31,169 bases of DNA from positions 1-31,169 of the forward strand of contig JBDLKB010000001.1 in NCBI GenBank assembly GCA_039714055.1, read 5' to 3'. This DNA is from Chloroflexota bacterium (GTDB lineage Bacteria; Chloroflexota; Anaerolineae; Promineifilales; UBA4811). The position numbers and the translations under genes are program-made. Below the pieces are notes generated by a model that was given only the letters and a program-made list of their open reading frames with translations, ran no database searches and had not been told where the DNA came from. Shown here one piece after another: positions 25,040 to 31,169 of the stretch (positions within the stretch are counted from its first letter, which is position 1; each line of letters begins with the position of its first letter).

Positions 25040-26506
25040 CTACTTTAAAAGACCAGTCATTTCATTGAATTGGGTTACCAATTCGTCAATTTCGTCTATT
25101 TGAGAGTGGACACCGTCCCAGTAATCTGGCTGGTACCACTGAGCTTGAATCTCTTCGTAGGTCTTACCCTGCTGTTCTACCCAGGTGTAATACTTGAGAT
25201 TATGGATACGTTTCTGATCCCAATAACCCAATTCTTCAACGTAATCGACGGTGCAGCCCAGGAGATGTTGATGGTAATCTGCTGCCGCATCCATCGCATT
25301 GTATTCACCATGCTCCTGCTCCAATTCTCGCAGGCGGCTTTGGTACAGTTCCATTGAATCGGTTAGTACCGTGAGAACGATGTCGTTCTCACCCAACTCA
25401 TACCAGCGGGCGAATTTGATAGATGAAAGCACATTGGCAATACCAGAGATACCAAGAAGATCAAGTTGCTCAATTATCTCCGGAGGTACGTTTTGGGTTT
25501 GGAGGTAATGTTTACCTGCTGGTTCGTTGAATAAACGCACCAGGCTCATGCACGCTTCGTCGTCGATCGCCATCACCATGTCAGTGTTGCGCATGTTGTG
25601 GATCCAAGGTATGTGCTTGTCTCCAATGCCTTCAATCCGATGGCCGCCAAAGCCGTTGATTAGCAAGGTCGGGCACTGAAGCGCTTCGCTGGCGGCTACC
25701 TTTGACGTTGGGAACATCTCTTTCATATAGTCGCCGCAGCCGATTGTGCCTGCCGAGCCCGTAGTTAATACCACGCCTCGATAGTTGTCATTTGGTCCCA
25801 TCTCCTGCTCAAGCACCTCGCTCATAGCATGTCCGGTGACATCATAATGCCAGAGGTGATTTCCAAACTCGTCGAACTGATTAAAGATGACGATCTTGTC
25901 GCCACGTTCGTTTGTCAGCTCCCAGCACTTGTCAAAGATCTCTTTTACATTGCTCTCACAGCCAGGTGTGGCGATGATCTCGCCTGACACCTTTTCCAAC
26001 CATTCGAACCTTTCTCGACTCATCTCTTCAGGCAAAATGGCAACTGATTCGCATCCCAAAAGTTTTGCATCGTATGCGCCACCACGGCAGTAGTTCCCAG
26101 TTGAGGGCCACACCGCTTTCTGGTTCTTGGGATCGAATTGGCCCGTAACCAGGCGAGGCACCAAACAACCAAAGGTTGCCCCTACTTTGTGCGCGCCTGT
26201 GGGAAACCATTTCCCGACCAGGCAGATGATGCGGGCATCAACTCCGGTTAATGACTTGGGAAGTTCGACATAGTTCACTCCGCCAAACCCTCCACCAGAG
26301 GATACCGGCTCGTTCTTCCAGGTGATGCGGAACAAATTGGGTGAAACAATATCCCACAACCCGATTGAATCAAGTTGTTCCTTGATCTTGTCGGGGATTA
26401 GCTCTGGATTGCGCTGTTGGGCAAAAGTGGGAATGATGATATTCCGTTCACGTGCTACCTCAACCGCGCTTTCCAGCCCCTTTGAGTTGATAGTCAAGTC
26501 AATCAT
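25040..26506 (-). CDS. Uncharacterised fold-type II PLP-dependent enzyme (488 aa; cysteine synthase/threonine dehydratase superfamily)
   Basis: Candidate PLP-Lys motif FPTGAHKVG, PSTGNYCRGG, phosphate loop TGSAGT, IEGIG and LGISGIAN. Strong SD AAGGAG. Confidence 0.82.
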   Translation of the reverse strand: MIDLTINSKGLESAVEVARERNIIIPTFAQQRNPELIPDKIKEQLDSIGLWDIVSPNLFRITWKNEPVSSGGGFGGVNYVELPKSLTGVDARIICLVGKWFPTGAHKVGATFGCLVPRLVTGQFDPKNQKAVWPSTGNYCRGGAYDAKLLGCESVAILPEEMSRERFEWLEKVSGEIIATPGCESNVKEIFDKCWELTNERGDKIVIFNQFDEFGNHLWHYDVTGHAMSEVLEQEMGPNDNYRGVVLTTGSAGTIGCGDYMKEMFPTSKVAASEALQCPTLLINGFGGHRIEGIGDKHIPWIHNMRNTDMVMAIDDEACMSLVRLFNEPAGKHYLQTQNVPPEIIEQLDLLGISGIANVLSSIKFARWYELGENDIVLTVLTDSMELYQSRLRELEQEHGEYNAMDAAADYHQHLLGCTVDYVEELGYWDQKRIHNLKYYTWVEQQGKTYEEIQAQWYQPDYWDGVHSQIDEIDELVTQFNEMTGLLK

Positions 26507-26533
26507 ATGTTACAGTCTCCTTAATGTGAAATT

Positions 26534-27343
26534 TCACGCGAGCGCCAACATGGCAAGCATCGCGCTGTATGCTTCGATAATGTCTTCCCCTGTCCACTCC
26601 ACTGTTCTGCCATCTACTCGATTGGCTCCGGGCAGCGCTGACGCTCCTTCGGCCTGTACACTGGTTACAAACTGAATAGTGATGGTAACTGGAGGGGCAA
26701 ACACAAGTGCTTTTGGAATTGGTCCGTTTACCGCCTGGGATGCAGCTTCTTTGATTTGACCCATTACTTGCTCCACTGGCAGACTCTTTACCGCAGTTCG
26801 GCTCAAAGACTCTTTGACCTCAACCGTGTTTAGCCTATCTCCCAGTAAAGCCTTAGCTTCAGAGGCAACAGCCTGGTCACCAGTTACCAATACCACAGGC
26901 ACTCCATAGTGTCCGGCAATTGCAGCGTTTAATCCAGTCTCCCCTATGGTGCGCCCATTGGCTTGTAGTGAGTACACTTGTGAGCCAGACCAAGTGTGGT
27001 CAAGTACCGCGTGTGCTGTACCTGCCATGGCATGGTAGCCGATGAACATGGCTCTATCAATGTCTCTGTCCACACCTGCCATCATACCCAACTGCTTGGG
27101 ATACCCACTGATCAACTCGGCACGCTTGTCTAGCTTCTCCAAGAGAATATTCCTCATGCCTCCGTGTGAATCGTTTATCAGCACATACGCAGCGCCCCCG
27201 TTGTATGCTCCCTCAATCGCCGCATTGACTTCAGCGGTCATGATCTCCCTGAATCGATTGAAAGAAGGTTTGTTATGATCTACATCATCCCAGCATGACA
27301 CACCGGTGATCCCTTCCATATCAACAGATATAAACACTCGCAT
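26534..27343 (-). CDS. M55 family D-aminopeptidase (DppA-like Zn hydrolase)
   Basis: Zn ligand motifs SVDMEG, DSHG, GYH and HT; also GETGLNA and TGD. Confidence 0.92.
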   Translation of the reverse strand: MRVFISVDMEGITGVSCWDDVDHNKPSFNRFREIMTAEVNAAIEGAYNGGAAYVLINDSHGGMRNILLEKLDKRAELISGYPKQLGMMAGVDRDIDRAMFIGYHAMAGTAHAVLDHTWSGSQVYSLQANGRTIGETGLNAAIAGHYGVPVVLVTGDQAVASEAKALLGDRLNTVEVKESLSRTAVKSLPVEQVMGQIKEAASQAVNGPIPKALVFAPPVTITIQFVTSVQAEGASALPGANRVDGRTVEWTGEDIIEAYSAMLAMLALA

Positions 27344-28617
27344 CAGACACCCCTTTCCAGAGTACTTACTACTTGAACAACCTCATCGATACTTGGCTTT
27401 ATGGTGAACAGATCACCTTTAGCACGCATGGCAGCGTTGATATCCTTCAAGCCGCTGCCTGTTACCAGCACCAAGACACTCTCTTTCTCTTCAATAAATC
27501 CTTGCCGCAACGCTGATTCCAGACCCGCATAGGCGGCAGCCGCTGCGGGCTCTGCAAATACCCCAGTTGCTCGAGCAAGTATGGGAATCGCATTCAGAAT
27601 CATCTCGTCGCTCACACGGACAAAAGCACCTCCGGTCTGGTTCACCGCTCGCATCGCCTTGATCCGGTCACGAGGAAGACCAGCGGAGATACTATCAGCT
27701 ACAGTTTCAGCAACAATGGGAGCCTTGGTGAGAACATCCTCTTGTTGGCTCCATGCCTGCCACAGGAAATCAGATCCAGCAGCCTGAACCCCGATAATGC
27801 GCGGCATCTGGTCGATCCACCCCAGTTGAAGTAGATCGGTAAAGCCCTTGTGAACCCCGCCGATGATGCAGCCATCACCTACAGGTACAACCACTACATC
27901 CGGAACTTGCCACGTGCCGCCCTGCGTCTGCCCTAGTTGTTGGCAAACCTCATAGACCACCGTCTTTTTTCCCTCGGTCATGTATGGGTTGAAAGCTGTG
28001 TTTCGGTTGTACCAGCCAAATTTGTCACAAGCTTCAAGGCACAATTCGAAAGCAGCATCGTAGCTAGCTTCAACCAGCATCACTGTGCTGCCATAGACCA
28101 ACAACTGAGCGATCTTGGCTTTAGGAGCTGATGCGGGAACAAAGATGACGGTGGGTTTTTCAACACTGGCAGCAATACAAGCAAGTGCAGCCGCCGCGTT
28201 TCCCGTGCTGGCGGTGGCAATGACCCCCGCACCTGTTTCCTCAGCTTTTACCAATGCTAGCGCTGACGCCCTGTCCTTGAAACTAGCTGAAGGTTGTCTG
28301 CTGTCATCTTTTATCAATACTTTTCTAATGCCCAACGCGTTTGCTAACCTCGTTGAGTTGTAGAGAGGGGTATCTCCTACCATAAGCGGCGGGAATTCAT
28401 CGATTGCGACCGGGAGCAGATCACGATAACGCCAGATTCCGCCTCCCGAACCGACCGGCGGAATCGGATTCTCTTCCACTCTATGCGCAATCAATTCATA
28501 GTCATACTTGACATCAAGGATGCCATCGTTGCCGTGATTGGGGCATACATACTGAACCTCATCTGCGCCATACATCTCCCCGCAGATGACACATTCAAGA
28601 CCTAATACATGTTCCAT
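27343..28617 (-). CDS. Threonine synthase-like PLP enzyme with N-terminal Zn ribbon
   Basis: CVIC...CPNH ribbon, GDTPL, SASFKDR (PLP Lys), ASTGNA, PVGDG, EPAAA and TGSGLKD. TGATG overlap with the dppA-like gene. Confidence 0.85.
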   Translation of the reverse strand: MEHVLGLECVICGEMYGADEVQYVCPNHGNDGILDVKYDYELIAHRVEENPIPPVGSGGGIWRYRDLLPVAIDEFPPLMVGDTPLYNSTRLANALGIRKVLIKDDSRQPSASFKDRASALALVKAEETGAGVIATASTGNAAAALACIAASVEKPTVIFVPASAPKAKIAQLLVYGSTVMLVEASYDAAFELCLEACDKFGWYNRNTAFNPYMTEGKKTVVYEVCQQLGQTQGGTWQVPDVVVVPVGDGCIIGGVHKGFTDLLQLGWIDQMPRIIGVQAAGSDFLWQAWSQQEDVLTKAPIVAETVADSISAGLPRDRIKAMRAVNQTGGAFVRVSDEMILNAIPILARATGVFAEPAAAAAYAGLESALRQGFIEEKESVLVLVTGSGLKDINAAMRAKGDLFTIKPSIDEVVQVVSTLERGV

Positions 28618-28659
28618 TTACGCTCCGAACCTTTATCTGACCGTGATTGGGTGTTGATC

Positions 28660-31169
28660 TCAATTGATGAGACCTGGAAACGCCTGGCGTGCAGCCTGGA
28701 GGATCCAGTTCATCTCCAATGCCATCGCTAATGAGAGCTCCCCTGCAAAGGATTCATGTAATTGAGAGTCGGTCACATTGAATACATGGTCCAAGGATAG
28801 AGTAAAGTTGTTACACTTGAGCTGTCTACCTTGATTAGACATGGTCAATTGATATTCGTTGCCATCGTCTCGGCACCATATTGTGTCACCTTCCACCAAA
28901 TAGGCATTGTCTGTCTCTGCTTCGAATGTTTCACGCAGGAGAAACAACCTAGGCTTGTCCTTGAATGGCTGACCTTGATGAACGCAGAATGTGGTGCAGT
29001 TGCCGCAAGCGTTGCACAGATCATCCAAGTGCAATATCTGGCGCTCTTGTTCAATCGACACTGTTTCCTGCTGTCTGATCTCAATCCCAGTTCCGTTGGC
29101 AACAACAACAGGAACCTCATACCTTCCGGTTTTAATGAAATAGACTTGATTGGCGCGGTTGGGGCACACTTCAACACATTTGTCGCACAGGGAAGAACAC
29201 TGCAAGCATCGCGCGGCTTCCTCTCGCGCCTGTTCATCGCTGTAGGATGTCTCCACCAGGTCAAAGTTCTGGCGTTGGGCTGGAGGTAATAATGCTGGCT
29301 CGAACGCCGGTTGTTTGCGGGAACGGGCCAGTTTGACTTTTCGGACCTGCTCCGTGGTCATGGACACTGCTGGAAAAGTAGGAGCGACAAAGGTTTTATC
29401 GATCTGCGCCATTATCGTCTCGGCTGCTCGACGACCGTCAGCACACGCCTCAACGATGGTTGCTGGTCCTCTGACCGCGTCTCCACCCGCCAAGATACAG
29501 ACATGCCCCGCAGTACCGTCATCTTTAACCTCGATGGCACCCCAAGGATGCAGGGTCACATTGCTGCCATCCAGGAAACTGATTTCAGGTCGCTGTCCAA
29601 TGGCAATGATTACAGAATCAGCAGGCATCTCGAATTCGGTACCTGGAACTGGTATCGGACGACGTCTGCCATCTGGATCGGGTGGACCCAATCTGTTGCG
29701 AATTACTTTAAGAGCGACAACCTTCCCCTCATCCAGTACTACCCGTTGAGGGCTGAGCAGCTCTTCAATCTGATTGCCTTCATCTAATAACCCGTCAAGT
29801 TCCTCGTCAGTGGCGGGCATCTCTGCTTGGGTTCGACGGTAAACAACGGTTACTGGTTTGCCAATCAACCTCTGTGCCACGCGAGCCGCATCCATGGCAG
29901 TGTTGCCGCCGCCGATAACCAGAACATTGTCTCCTAAAGGCAGAGCATCTTTGTTGGCAGCGCGCCGCAATAGATCCATGGCGGAATACACTCCGAGTCC
30001 CTCTTCTCCAGGCATACCTAGAGTTGCATCCTTCTGATAGCCGGTAGCCACATACACTGCATCATAACCATCATCAAGCAGCGATTCGGGAGGACCATCA
30101 ACCGAATGTCCCAGCCGCAGATCGACCCCGAGGTCGATGATACGATCGATATCTTGCTCAACGATATTTGAAGGCAGACGGAAAACGGGGGCAATTGCCA
30201 ACATTCCACCCGCTTTGTTGCGGGATTCAAAAATGGTAACCGATACTCCGCTCAATGTCAGGTAGTATGCCGCCGCCAGTCCAGAAGGACCGCTGCCGAT
30301 TACAGCTACCTTGTGCTTGACACCATGGCTTCCGGCGTTTTGCTCTAGCGATACCTTACCATTCTCGACTGCGAATCGCTTCAGTGCCCTGATCTGCACA
30401 GGTTCATCATAATTGTTCCGTGTGCATCGTTCCTGACACAAGTGGGTACAGACATACCCAGTGACACCAGGAAGCGGATTCCGCGACAAGATCACTTGTA
30501 GTGCGGCATCATAGTCGCCATTCTGAATGTACCAGGCGTATTCTGGGATATCCTGGCGAACAGCGCATTGCTCAACACAGGGAGCGGCTATGCAGTCATA
30601 CTTTTCCAAAGATGCTGACACCTTTGGTAGTGGATAAGGATGGTATGTCTTGTGGTAACGACGGTCCCTTCGCGCCTCGTATGCAGCTAGCTGCAATTTC
30701 TCCTGCCTGTCTAGCGAGAAAGCAGCAAGATCGTTAGCATCGGCTTCTACCATTGCCATTTGCAGTTCCTGCAATGCCTGCAAGGAACGAGAATAGCCAC
30801 CAGGTTTCAGTAGATCTGACGCCATGGTGACAGGCAATGCACCGCAGGCGATGATGTCGCTTACGTTCAGTGCATCAGCACCTCCAGAGTAAGACACATT
30901 GAGATCGCCGTTGAAGACATCAACCAGCAAGTGGAACAGGTTCAAGGTGATGGGATAAAGCGCACGACCGGACATATACATCTCATCACCAGGCAGCATC
31001 TTGCGATGATTGCTCATTGCCAACGTGTTACTCAATTTGACTCCAAAGGCAAGCCCGGATGATTCCGCCTTCTTCTTTAGGGATCGAATCATCTCTAAAG
31101 CACGATCCAGTTGCAGGTCATGCTCAAAGACCGAGTCTGGAATACTAATGCTGCCGTAACCCAAATCAT
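28660..31169 (-). CDS. ygfK: YgfK-like Fe-S flavoprotein oxidoreductase (often annotated 'putative selenate reductase'); 5'-truncated by the window edge
   Basis: End of a DHODH-like barrel (FEHDL, FGVKLSNTL, MYMSGRALYP), CIAAPCVEQC, NPLPGVTGYVC.HLC and GltD-like FAD/NAD(P)H domains (GSGPSGL, VIGGGNTAMD). C-terminal CLQC..LCDKCVEVCPNRAN and CNACGNCTTFC. The frame stays open to the window edge. Confidence 0.88.
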   Translation of the reverse strand, partial: DLGYGSISIPDSVFEHDLQLDRALEMIRSLKKKAESSGLAFGVKLSNTLAMSNHRKMLPGDEMYMSGRALYPITLNLFHLLVDVFNGDLNVSYSGGADALNVSDIIACGALPVTMASDLLKPGGYSRSLQALQELQMAMVEADANDLAAFSLDRQEKLQLAAYEARRDRRYHKTYHPYPLPKVSASLEKYDCIAAPCVEQCAVRQDIPEYAWYIQNGDYDAALQVILSRNPLPGVTGYVCTHLCQERCTRNNYDEPVQIRALKRFAVENGKVSLEQNAGSHGVKHKVAVIGSGPSGLAAAYYLTLSGVSVTIFESRNKAGGMLAIAPVFRLPSNIVEQDIDRIIDLGVDLRLGHSVDGPPESLLDDGYDAVYVATGYQKDATLGMPGEEGLGVYSAMDLLRRAANKDALPLGDNVLVIGGGNTAMDAARVAQRLIGKPVTVVYRRTQAEMPATDEELDGLLDEGNQIEELLSPQRVVLDEGKVVALKVIRNRLGPPDPDGRRRPIPVPGTEFEMPADSVIIAIGQRPEISFLDGSNVTLHPWGAIEVKDDGTAGHVCILAGGDAVRGPATIVEACADGRRAAETIMAQIDKTFVAPTFPAVSMTTEQVRKVKLARSRKQPAFEPALLPPAQRQNFDLVETSYSDEQAREEAARCLQCSSLCDKCVEVCPNRANQVYFIKTGRYEVPVVVANGTGIEIRQQETVSIEQERQILHLDDLCNACGNCTTFCVHQGQPFKDKPRLFLLRETFEAETDNAYLVEGDTIWCRDDGNEYQLTMSNQGRQLKCNNFTLSLDHVFNVTDSQLHESFAGELSLAMALEMNWILQAARQAFPGLIN

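Noticed and set aside
4239-30737. Remaining short ORFs (60-160 aa) nested in or antisense to the called genes
   Set aside because: Each lies inside a gene with clear family motifs; none has a convincing RBS or domain signature.
28660-31169. Selenocysteine recoding or true selenate reductase function
   Set aside because: No in-frame TGA occurs in the visible part of ygfK or its downstream genes. 'Selenate reductase' is a legacy label, and no molybdopterin catalytic subunit is in the window.

Overview
A gene-dense bacterial chromosomal segment of mostly core and accessory metabolism. I found no tRNA, rRNA, CRISPR array or mobile element. The protein architectures (lipoprotein alpha-2-macroglobulin with tandem Ig-like domains, Pro/Thr-rich linkers, GT9-TagA fusion, membrane-anchored clan GH-A hydrolase) suggest Chloroflexota, probably Anaerolineae; this is inference. 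From left to right: (1) a >1150-aa bacterial alpha-2-macroglobulin that runs off the left edge and is missing from the ORF track; (2) an intergenic ~85-nt structured element with its own extended -10 promoter and a U-tract (candidate novel small RNA); (3) ybaK-like gene and 5'-nucleotidase lipoprotein; (4) ADP-forming acyl-CoA synthetase; (5) a minus-strand operon of Cof HAD, TsaC, GT4, GT9-TagA fusion and D-cysteine desulfhydrase; (6) PIG-L deacetylase with a CysQ/IMPase-family phosphatase; (7) GH-A hydrolase with an orphan amino-acid SBP; (8) acyl-CoA dehydrogenase with a stand-alone Ppx-type HD domain; (9) SDR, DUF362-ferredoxin and thioesterase; (10) a class A PBP with disordered termini; (11) the distal end of a ygfK-containing operon, 5'-truncated at the right edge, in which ygfK is followed by a threonine-synthase-like enzyme, an M55 D-aminopeptidase and an uncharacterised 488-aa PLP enzyme. 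The best leads are the candidate sRNA or antisense riboswitch-like element (3626-3726), the variant ygfK (reductive purine catabolism-like) operon and the GT9-TagA fusion.
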